NCBI GenBank assembly: GCA_036985715.1
Contig: BTQE01000005.1
Coordinates: forward strand, 1 to 55,521
Direction: 5' to 3'
Source: Rhodothermia bacterium
Lineage (GTDB): Bacteria > Bacteroidota > Rhodothermia > Rhodothermales > UBA10348
DNA: 55,521 bases
In this document: positions 47,667 through 55,521 of the stretch, piece by piece
How the letters are laid out: each line of letters starts with the position of its first letter
How positions within the stretch are numbered: position 1 is the first letter of the stretch
Program-made: the position numbers and the translations under genes
The notes under the pieces: model-generated
Database searches by the model: none
Seen by the model: the letters and a program-made list of their open reading frames with translations, nothing else
Told to the model about the DNA's origin: nothing

Positions 47667-48416
47667 TTACTCACTGATCGGGATTTCTTCGTATACGAGT
47701 TCTTTCGCCAGGCTGTTTGCTTCCTGATACCCGTCGAGCGTTCCGGCATCACCCCACCATCCATGGATAAATCCGTGTGAAAGTGATTTCGCTCGTGCGT
47801 AGTAACTGATCACATCGCTGATCTCAAGCTCGCCGCGATCGGAAGGCTCGAGGGTCCGAATGATATCGTAGACCTTCCGGTCGAAGAGATATACCCCGAT
47901 AACCGAGTAGTCACTGGGCGGATCCGCCGGCTTCTCAATGACCTCGACGATGGCATCGTCTTCCAACACCGGTACACCGTACCTCTCCGGGTCCGGGACC
48001 TCCTTGAGCAGCACATGTGCTTTTCCTCCTGATGTCGTGAAACCCGATATGAACTCTGCTACGTCCTCCGGGAAATCTGTCGCGAGAATATTGTCGCCAA
48101 GCATTACGATGAAGGGGTCGCTACCCGTAAAATTTTCGCATAGGCCCATGGCCTGGGCTATCCCACCTGGTTGGTCCTGAACGCGGTAGGTGAAGTCTAC
48201 TCCGAATCGAAACCCGCTCCCAAGTAGATTGACCACGTCACCCATATGCTCAGGGCTTGTGACAATAGCAATTTCAGTGCACCCGGCCCGTTTTAAGCGC
48301 ATGATGGGATGATAAATCATGGGATATCTCCCGACTGGCAGCAAGTGCTTATTCGTCACTCTCGTGAGAGGAAAAAGCCTGCTGCCCGTGCCGCCCGCAA
48401 GTACAATACCCTTCAT
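47667..48416 (-). CDS. rfbA: Glucose-1-phosphate thymidylyltransferase
   Basis: MKGIVLAGGTGSRLFPLT..NKHLLPV; LGDNI; RGELEI; WGDAGT. Confidence 0.9.
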   Translation of the reverse strand: MKGIVLAGGTGSRLFPLTRVTNKHLLPVGRYPMIYHPIMRLKRAGCTEIAIVTSPEHMGDVVNLLGSGFRFGVDFTYRVQDQPGGIAQAMGLCENFTGSDPFIVMLGDNILATDFPEDVAEFISGFTTSGGKAHVLLKEVPDPERYGVPVLEDDAIVEVIEKPADPPSDYSVIGVYLFDRKVYDIIRTLEPSDRGELEISDVISYYARAKSLSHGFIHGWWGDAGTLDGYQEANSLAKELVYEEIPISE

Positions 48417-48447
48417 ATTGGCCCTTTATCTGTCAGTAACTCTTCCT

Positions 48448-49593
48448 TCAGCCGTTTCGGCTCGACGTCCGATCTCCGTACATCCGATCATAATAGCGCA
48501 TGTATGATTCATCTTTTACGCTTTCGATCCAGGCCTGATTTCCCAGATACCAGTCTACCGTGAGCCCCAGGGCGTCATCGAGTGAATGCGAGGGGCGCCA
48601 GTCGAGTTCGGTCTGAATCCGGTCCGTGTTGACCGAATATCGGAAGTCGTGTCCCGGACGGTCGCCAACGAACGAGACGAGTGCTCTACCCGTACCGCTT
48701 GGACGAGACATCGACTTATCGACCAGATCAAGAATCTTGTAGACTAAATCCAGATTGGACCACTCATTTCCTCCACCAATCAGGTAGGTCTGCCCCGGTG
48801 CCCCGCGCACAAGCGCGAGTTCCAAAGCTTCGCAGTGATCGAGTACAAAAAGCCAATCACGGACGTTGTCACCGCGGCCATAAACTGGAATGGACTGTTC
48901 GGATACCGCATTCACAATGGTGAGCGGAATCAGCTTTTCCGGGAATTGAAATGGTCCAAAATTGTTTGAACAATTGGTGACCAGAATAGGAAGCCCATAC
49001 GTTTCCGAAAATGCCCGGACGAAGTGATCACTGGAAGCTTTCGAGGCAGCATAAGGAGAACGAGGAGCATACGGAGTCGATTCAAAAAACTGACCCGTTG
49101 CCCCTAACGATCCGTAGACCTCGTCCGTCGAGACGTGATGAAATCGATACGTGTTCGGAGACTCGGAGTAATTCCAAAAAGAACGTGCTGCTTCGAGGAG
49201 GATCGTTGTTCCAATTACATTCGTGCGTACAAATGACAACGGGTCCTCAATGGAGCGGTCAACGTGACTTTCTGCAGCGAAGTGTACGACCGTATTAAAG
49301 TCATGTGTCTTAAAAAGTGTCTCGACCAGTGCGGAGTCGGAAATATCGCCTTGAACAAACTCGTAATTCGCTGCACCTGATATCGATTCCAGATTTGACA
49401 GGTTGCCGGCATACGTGAGCAAATCCAGGTTCACGAACCGGATTTCTGGATGGCGTTTGACCATCCAATGCAGATAATTGGAGCCAATAAAGCCAGCTCC
49501 ACCAGTCACGAGCACCGATTGCGGGAGAAATGCCAAGTTCTTTTGGATGAGGTTACAGGCGCTCTTCCGGGGATCGGTTCGATGTAAGGACAA
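48448..49593 (-). CDS. rfbB: dTDP-glucose 4,6-dehydratase (start uncertain)
   Basis: VTGGAGFIG, FAAESHVDRSI, HVSTDEVYG, PYAASK, FPEKLIP, DRPGHD. Confidence 0.95.
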   Translation of the reverse strand: MSLHRTDPRKSACNLIQKNLAFLPQSVLVTGGAGFIGSNYLHWMVKRHPEIRFVNLDLLTYAGNLSNLESISGAANYEFVQGDISDSALVETLFKTHDFNTVVHFAAESHVDRSIEDPLSFVRTNVIGTTILLEAARSFWNYSESPNTYRFHHVSTDEVYGSLGATGQFFESTPYAPRSPYAASKASSDHFVRAFSETYGLPILVTNCSNNFGPFQFPEKLIPLTIVNAVSEQSIPVYGRGDNVRDWLFVLDHCEALELALVRGAPGQTYLIGGGNEWSNLDLVYKILDLVDKSMSRPSGTGRALVSFVGDRPGHDFRYSVNTDRIQTELDWRPSHSLDDALGLTVDWYLGNQAWIESVKDESYMRYYDRMYGDRTSSRNG

Positions 49594-49665
49594 GCAGAGG
49601 TTTGGTTCCTCTCTGTCTTGTCATCGGGTCTTTTCATAGCTTGAACGCCCAGTTCAATTCTAGAT

Positions 49666-52506
49666 ATGCCCGAGTCACCACGTACACTTTACCTGCTCGA
49701 TGCCATGGCGTTGGCGTATCGAGCACACTTCATCTTTATCAGTCGACCTCTGATCAATTCGAAGGGACAAAATACGTCCGCTACGTACGGATTCGTGTCT
49801 GCGCTTCTCAAACTAATCGAAGATCACAGTATCGAACACATGGTTGTTGTGTTTGACGCTCCCGGAGAAGGAGGGACCTTCAGAGATGATCTATATCCTG
49901 AATATAAAGCCCATCGGGATCCTCCTCCGGAGGACCTGCTCTCGAACTTGCCTCGCATAAAGGAAGTCGTACAAGCGCTCGATATCCCGGTGTCCGAGGT
50001 CGAGGGGGTTGAAGCCGATGACGTTATCGGAACGCTGGCCCGGCAGGCGGAAGCCGATGGATCAAACGTGGTTATCGTATCGCCGGACAAAGATTTTTTT
50101 CAGCTTCTGAGCGATCGCATCCGCCAGTTTCGACCTGCCTACCGGGGCGAGTCGTTCGATCCCATCACGGAGTCGTCATTCGAGGAAAAGTATGGGCTAA
50201 AACCGATTCAGTTTATTGACGTTCTCGCGCTGATGGGTGACGCTGCCGATAACGTTCCCGGTGTACCCGGGGTTGGTGAAAAGACGGCCATCAAGCTCCT
50301 GCTTGAATACGGATCCGTTGAACGTACAATTGAGCACGCTGAAGACGTTAAAGGAAAGAGGGCTCGCGAAGGACTACTGAATCATGCAGATGATGCCATC
50401 CTGAGCAAGGAGTTGGTCACGATTCTAACCGATGTACCGTTGGACCTTACATGGACGGACTTTCAGCGCCACGCACCGGATCTCCCGCGGATTAAGAGCT
50501 TATTTCAGGAATACGAATTCACCTCCCTCCTGCAGCGGATTCTCCGTCTTTTTGAGCAGAATGGGGAAAGTATTCCGCCGCTACCGGACGATACGATCCA
50601 AAAAGACCTGTTTTCACCCCAGGAATTGATAGAGTCGGCTAAAATCGAACCGGCTCTGATCAAGGATACCCGGATTGATGAGTCTTCCGTCGATGACGAG
50701 TACGACCGGTATTCGGAGGACGATTCGACTTACAAACTCATCAGCAATGAAGCTGAACTTTCAGGTGTAGTTGAAAAATTGAGTGACGCCGATCGACTCT
50801 CTTTCGATACAGAGACCACATCCACCGACCCGATGATGGCCTCGCTCGTGGGTGTATCCCTATCGGTCAATGAATCCGAAGCTTGGTACATCCCGACACC
50901 CATGCCCGACGGAACAAGCACAGAAGCGGTTCTCCATGCCCTGGAGCCAATCCTCTGCAATGCATCCGTAAAGATCGGACAAAACATTAAGTACGATTAT
51001 GTAGTGCTTGCTAGACACGGACTTAGGGTGGGTGGAAACTTCTTCGACACCATGATCTCCCACTATCTGGTATCGCCGGAAGATTCACACGGAATGGATG
51101 TGCTCGCGCGTCGTTATCTTAAGTACGAGCCCATTCCCATCTCCAGTTTGATTGGTAAGGGAAAACCGCAACGCTCCATGCGGGATGTCCCGATTCAAGA
51201 CGTCACTCCCTATGCCTGCGAGGACGCAGACATCACACTCAAACTGTCGAAAATTCTGTCAGAAGAGCTGGAGCGGGGTGGGGTCACCCGGATAGCCGAG
51301 GAGATCGAGTTTCCGTTGATCCGCGTGCTGGCTGACATGGAGATGGCCGGTATCCGGGTGGATCAGAGAGTCCTATCGGATCTATCCCGGCAGATGGCGA
51401 CAGAGATCAAATCATTTGAGGAGAAGATTTACGAAGCCGCCGGAGAATCATTCAACATCGCGTCGACCCAGCAACTCGGAACAATATTGTTTGAGAAGCT
51501 GGGAATGCCGGTCGTGTCAAAAACGGCCAAAGGAAAGCCGTCCACAAGGGAAAGCGTATTAAAGGAACTGGCTACGGAGCACGAACTGCCCGGTTTGATT
51601 CTCGACTGGAGAGAGCTGGCCAAACTGAAGAGTACCTATGTAGATAGTCTCGGGGAACTGATTCACCCGGAAACAGGCCGAGTCCACACGTCTTACGGCC
51701 AGACAATTGCTGCGACCGGAAGATTGTCGAGCACGAATCCCAACCTTCAGAATATCCCCATTCGAACCGCAAGAGGGCGGGAAATCCGAAAAGCTTTTGT
51801 AGCAAGCGAAGGCTTTGTTCTGATGTCCGCTGACTATGCCCAGATTGAACTCAGGATTCTTGCTGCTTTGAGCGACGACGAGGCTTTGAAGAAAGCATTT
51901 TCAGAGGGCGCGGATATTCATGCTAACACCGCTGCACTTGTTTTTGGAGTCCCGATTGAGGACGTTACGCGCGAACAACGATCGCGCGCAAAGGAAGTGA
52001 ATTTCGGGATACCCTATGGGATCTCTCCGTTTGGTTTGGCTCAACGGCTTCGATGTCCGGTGGACGAAGCCCGTGACCTGATCACCGGATATCAAAAATC
52101 CTATTCAAACGTGACGAAGTTTTTGTCGCTTCAGGTGGCGAAGGCCCAGGAGATGGGGTATGTAGAAACCATTCTGGGGAGAAGACGCTACGTGCCTGAT
52201 ATCAATGCCCGGAACCGGAATGTTCGTTCGTTCGCAGAGCGAGTCGCGGTAAATATGCCCATCCAGGGGACTCAGGCAGATATGATTAAGTTGGCGATGA
52301 TTCGTATTCATACCGCGATCGGTGATCGGAAACTGAAATCGAAGATGCTGTTACAGGTTCATGACGAGTTGGTGTTTGAAGTTCCAGTGGATGAAGTCGT
52401 TGTCCTGCAAGATCTCGTGCGAACAGAAATGGTCGAAGCGCTACATCTCGACGTGCCTATCGAAGTTGAAATTGATACGGGTCCGAACTGGTTGGAAGCC
52501 CACTAA
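49666..52506 (+). CDS. polA: DNA polymerase I
   Basis: 5' nuclease (EADDVIGT), 3'-5' exonuclease FDTET, TGRLSS..PNLQNIP, DYAQIELR, QVHDELV. Confidence 0.98.
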   Translation: MPESPRTLYLLDAMALAYRAHFIFISRPLINSKGQNTSATYGFVSALLKLIEDHSIEHMVVVFDAPGEGGTFRDDLYPEYKAHRDPPPEDLLSNLPRIKEVVQALDIPVSEVEGVEADDVIGTLARQAEADGSNVVIVSPDKDFFQLLSDRIRQFRPAYRGESFDPITESSFEEKYGLKPIQFIDVLALMGDAADNVPGVPGVGEKTAIKLLLEYGSVERTIEHAEDVKGKRAREGLLNHADDAILSKELVTILTDVPLDLTWTDFQRHAPDLPRIKSLFQEYEFTSLLQRILRLFEQNGESIPPLPDDTIQKDLFSPQELIESAKIEPALIKDTRIDESSVDDEYDRYSEDDSTYKLISNEAELSGVVEKLSDADRLSFDTETTSTDPMMASLVGVSLSVNESEAWYIPTPMPDGTSTEAVLHALEPILCNASVKIGQNIKYDYVVLARHGLRVGGNFFDTMISHYLVSPEDSHGMDVLARRYLKYEPIPISSLIGKGKPQRSMRDVPIQDVTPYACEDADITLKLSKILSEELERGGVTRIAEEIEFPLIRVLADMEMAGIRVDQRVLSDLSRQMATEIKSFEEKIYEAAGESFNIASTQQLGTILFEKLGMPVVSKTAKGKPSTRESVLKELATEHELPGLILDWRELAKLKSTYVDSLGELIHPETGRVHTSYGQTIAATGRLSSTNPNLQNIPIRTARGREIRKAFVASEGFVLMSADYAQIELRILAALSDDEALKKAFSEGADIHANTAALVFGVPIEDVTREQRSRAKEVNFGIPYGISPFGLAQRLRCPVDEARDLITGYQKSYSNVTKFLSLQVAKAQEMGYVETILGRRRYVPDINARNRNVRSFAERVAVNMPIQGTQADMIKLAMIRIHTAIGDRKLKSKMLLQVHDELVFEVPVDEVVVLQDLVRTEMVEALHLDVPIEVEIDTGPNWLEAH

Positions 52507-53795
52507 TGGAGAAGAAGAACTACGAAGGATATACACGGATCGAGAGTCAACAGGGCATCTCGCAGTTTCGTCTGGATGCAAATGGACTGGATGTTCTACT
52601 GGCCCCCATGACACTTGCCCCCGTCGTCACGTTCATGATCACGTATCGTGTGGGATCCAGGAATGAATCAATGGGAGAGACGGGCGCTACCCATTTTCTC
52701 GAACACCTCATGTTCAAAGGGACTGAACGCTTCAGTCGTGAGTCGGGAAATTCGATATTCAATACGCTTCAACGTGAGGGCGCGCGAGTGAACGCAACGA
52801 CGTGGTTGGATCGAACGAACTACTATGAGCTTCTCCCGGACGACAAGTTGGAGAAAGCCATAGAAATTGAAGCCGACCGCATGCGCGGTGCCAAACTGGA
52901 TCCGGAGGATATCGAAAGCGAACGAACGGTCATTCTTAATGAGTTGGATCGAGGTGAAAACGAGCCCTTACGCAAACTCTACCAGACCGTGTGGAGTACG
53001 GCCTTTCTTGCTCATCCGTACAGGCATCCAACGATTGGCTGGCGTTCAGATGTCGAAAATCTGTCGCCTGATCAGTTGCGCCACTTCTACGACACATTTT
53101 ATTGGCCCGACAATGCCACCGTGTCTGTTATTGGTTCTTTCGATGATGAAAAGACTATGCAGCTGCTTTCTGAGAATTTCGGGAGTATTCCATGTGCGCC
53201 GACTCCGACTCCTCAGATTCGTACGGTTGAGCCGCAGCAAATCGGAAGTCGACACGTCACGGTTCGCATGGCCGGGGAGCCGGGCGCTGTGATGGTGGCA
53301 TTCAAAGCTCCGCCGGCGTCTGACGACCTGTGCCCCGCACTGTCTGTCTTATCCGTTGTGCTGGGAGACGGTAAGGCCGGGAGACTTTATACCGGTCTTG
53401 TCGACAGCGGGTTGGCGATTGGTGTTTCGGCCGTGCACTCGCTCCTTAGGGATCCCGGATTGTTCTATGCATATGCGATGCTGGCGCCGGGAATCGTACA
53501 CGTCGACGTAGAAAAGAAATTAATTGACGAGCTCAATCGATTGACATCTTCGCCCGTCGATGAAACGGAATTGAATCGGGCAAAGGCTATTGTCCGGGCC
53601 GACACATCATTTGATCGGGACGGTCCGTTCTCAATGGCGTCAAGTTTGAACGAAGCTATCGCCTCAGGAGATTGGAAACTGTATCTAAGCATCCCAGAAG
53701 CCGTTGCCGCCGTCACGACAGATGATCTCTTGCAGGCTGCCAAGAGTATTTTTGATCCTGACAGTCGAACCATTGGATATTTTGTACCACGGTAG
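52506..53795 (+). CDS. M16-family zinc peptidase (catalytic subunit)
   Basis: GATHFLEHLMFKG (HxxEH); NATTWLDRTNY. TAATG coupling with polA. Confidence 0.93.
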   Translation: MEKKNYEGYTRIESQQGISQFRLDANGLDVLLAPMTLAPVVTFMITYRVGSRNESMGETGATHFLEHLMFKGTERFSRESGNSIFNTLQREGARVNATTWLDRTNYYELLPDDKLEKAIEIEADRMRGAKLDPEDIESERTVILNELDRGENEPLRKLYQTVWSTAFLAHPYRHPTIGWRSDVENLSPDQLRHFYDTFYWPDNATVSVIGSFDDEKTMQLLSENFGSIPCAPTPTPQIRTVEPQQIGSRHVTVRMAGEPGAVMVAFKAPPASDDLCPALSVLSVVLGDGKAGRLYTGLVDSGLAIGVSAVHSLLRDPGLFYAYAMLAPGIVHVDVEKKLIDELNRLTSSPVDETELNRAKAIVRADTSFDRDGPFSMASSLNEAIASGDWKLYLSIPEAVAAVTTDDLLQAAKSIFDPDSRTIGYFVPR

Positions 53796-53807
53796 TGTCC
53801 GCGACTG

Positions 53808-54419
53808 TCAACTGGCTTCTGCTTTTTCCAAAAGCTCGTTCATGTATCCGCGCATTTCCTCAAACGGGAACAGACCGATGAACCGATAAACAATCGTACC
53901 GTTTTCATCAACCAGGAACGTCGTGGGAAGAGCATAGACCCCTCCAAAAGCGTCAGCTAGATCACCCTCATCAAGAATGATCGGATAGTTAATCTGGAAA
54001 TCTGTTGCGAAGGGCTCCACAATTTCGAAGCCCTCCAGGTCCATGGATATACCCACTATTTCAAACGGTTGATCGGACCATTCGTCCCGCAATGCGACCA
54101 GGTCGGGAATTTCAATGACACAGGGTCCGCACCACGTCGCCCAGAAGTTCACAAGAGTGACGCGTCCTTTGAAAGACTCCGATGTGAGTATCTCTCCAGA
54201 CATGGTGGATTCGGCGAACTCTGGAATCGGTAGATTCAGTTCAATTCTTTTCCCTTCTGCTGCAATCGATTCAAAATCTGTGGACGCGGTCGGGGTTTCG
54301 CGGTCGGACGTTGCGCAACCGGTCAGAATCACCGGGACGAGGAATAAGAAGACGAAATAAAATTTGATTGAGTTCACTGGAAGCCTAAATCGGAGATGTT
54401 CGTAGGATTGCGGATTCAA
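53808..54419 (-). CDS. TlpA/ResA-like thioredoxin lipoprotein (start uncertain)
   Basis: ILTGC lipobox; VNFWATWCGPC; LPTTFLVD. Confidence 0.9.
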   Translation of the reverse strand: MNPQSYEHLRFRLPVNSIKFYFVFLFLVPVILTGCATSDRETPTASTDFESIAAEGKRIELNLPIPEFAESTMSGEILTSESFKGRVTLVNFWATWCGPCVIEIPDLVALRDEWSDQPFEIVGISMDLEGFEIVEPFATDFQINYPIILDEGDLADAFGGVYALPTTFLVDENGTIVYRFIGLFPFEEMRGYMNELLEKAEAS

Positions 54420-54501
54420 CTCGCGCGTTCGGGTTATTCGACCTGCAAACGGACTGTTGCTCGTATTGGTTCTATATCACTCAACTATCGTTACTGCATT
54501 T

Positions 54502-55521
54502 ATGGAGAAGACACAATTTGTCTCGGGCGCTGAAGATATTCACTGGAATTTGGACGATTTGTATGGAGACGTGGACTATTTGAGGGCGGATCTCGGCTCG
54601 TGCTCACAGCTTGCGGACGACTTTGCAAAATCATATCGAACGAAAGTCGCCCAATTCGCTGCGGCGGATCTGGCCATAGCCATGAATCAACTCGGCAATA
54701 TTCAGGATAAGGCAGGTCGAGCTTTTACATACGCGTATTTGGACTGGTCGACGGATACCGCGGATCCTCAGCGAGGAGCTCTTCTTCAGGAAGTCCGAGA
54801 ACGTTATACGCAGATATCGTCCGACCTGATCTTTTTCGAACTGGAGTGGGTGGCCCTGGATGAGGCCGAAGCCCAGCACCTTCTTGAATCTTCAGAGCTG
54901 AATGACGTCAGACATTTTCTAGAGGTTCAATGGGCTCAGCGAAAGCATTTGCTCTCCGAAGCCGAGGAGATAATTCTGGTCGAGAAATCGGTGACCGGGC
55001 GTGCAGCCTGGAATCGGTTCTTCGATGAATCGCTCTCTGATGCCAGGTACGACTATGAGGGAAATCTTCTCACCCAACAAGAGATTTTGTCCAAACTCCA
55101 TGGATCGGACCGAACGCAGAGACAGAAAGCCGCCGAAGCATTTACTGCGGGACTGACTCAGCAGGCCAGGCCCTTGGCTTTCATTTTCAATACGATTCTA
55201 GCAGACAAAGCCACGGACGATCGTCTGAGAGCATACCCGACCTGGATTTCGTCCAGGAATTTATCCAATGAAGTTGACGACGAAACCGTCGAATCGCTTG
55301 TAGAGGCGGTGACGAACGGATACCATATCGTAGAAAAGTACTACGGCATCAAAAAGCGGATACTTGGATACGACGAACTCTTCGACTACGATCGGTACGC
55401 TCCTATTGGCGAATCAGATAAGAAAGTACCCTGGTCGGAGGCGACGGAGATTGTTACGGAAGCATACGCCGGGTTTCACCACCGCTTAGGTGAAATCGTT
55501 TCTCTGTTTATATCAGAGAAC
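54502..55521 (+). CDS. M3B oligoendopeptidase F, partial (runs off the window end)
   Basis: MEKTQFVSGAEDIHWNLDDLY...HLLSEAEE...AWNRFFDE...YYGIKKRILG...YDRYAP, open to the window end. Absent from the ORF track. Confidence 0.9.
   Translation, partial: MEKTQFVSGAEDIHWNLDDLYGDVDYLRADLGSCSQLADDFAKSYRTKVAQFAAADLAIAMNQLGNIQDKAGRAFTYAYLDWSTDTADPQRGALLQEVRERYTQISSDLIFFELEWVALDEAEAQHLLESSELNDVRHFLEVQWAQRKHLLSEAEEIILVEKSVTGRAAWNRFFDESLSDARYDYEGNLLTQQEILSKLHGSDRTQRQKAAEAFTAGLTQQARPLAFIFNTILADKATDDRLRAYPTWISSRNLSNEVDDETVESLVEAVTNGYHIVEKYYGIKKRILGYDELFDYDRYAPIGESDKKVPWSEATEIVTEAYAGFHHRLGEIVSLFISEN

Noticed and set aside
7545-55101. Numerous 60-200 aa ORFs overlapping the annotated genes
   Set aside because: They are antisense or out-of-frame shadows of well-supported CDSs with no recognisable motifs.
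1-55521. tRNA, rRNA, prophage or group II intron
   Set aside because: None recognised by eye; a covariance-model scan would be needed to exclude small RNAs.

Overview
Bacterial chromosomal window. Gene content and the TPR/barrel/HU-SPOR/ExbBD cluster suggest the Bacteroidota-Rhodothermota lineage (inference). (1) About 1-6.4 kb is a minus-strand integron-type gene-cassette array with no integrase in the window (CALIN-like). It has at least four clear attC sites in two sequence families, with non-canonical cores. It carries three RelE/ParE-superfamily toxin-antitoxin cassettes, one putative outer-membrane protein cassette and possibly a methyltransferase cassette. It is invaded by a truncated IS110 at an attC and by an IS3 that is itself interrupted by a second IS. 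(2) A TetR - MMPL/RND::LolA-like fusion - outer-membrane barrel operon follows, with twin palindromic operators. (3) Next are an S9 peptidase, a TPR/barrel/HU-SPOR/ExbBD envelope cluster, a PfkB kinase and folB. (4) The most interesting locus is 24.8-33.6 kb. A large GAF protein has a C-terminus carrying what look like class III nucleotide cyclase motifs in canonical order. Beside it are a Pycsar-type (DUF5706-like) membrane effector, SixA, an SdiA-regulated/phytase-like secreted protein, and a lipoprotein combining metallophosphoesterase, kinase-like and Omp85-barrel regions (1-nt frameshift near its 3' end). Together these form a candidate uncharacterised cyclic-nucleotide signalling system. 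(5) The rest is mostly housekeeping: SLC13 transporter, FixL-like PAS kinase with a NarL-type regulator, GATase, maf, lnt, ParA-like ATPase, penicillin acylase, NSS transporter, LMW-PTP, fructosamine kinase, HAD hydrolase, rfbBAC, polA, M16 peptidase, TlpA and a partial M3 oligopeptidase. All family calls come from motif recognition by eye; no searches were run.
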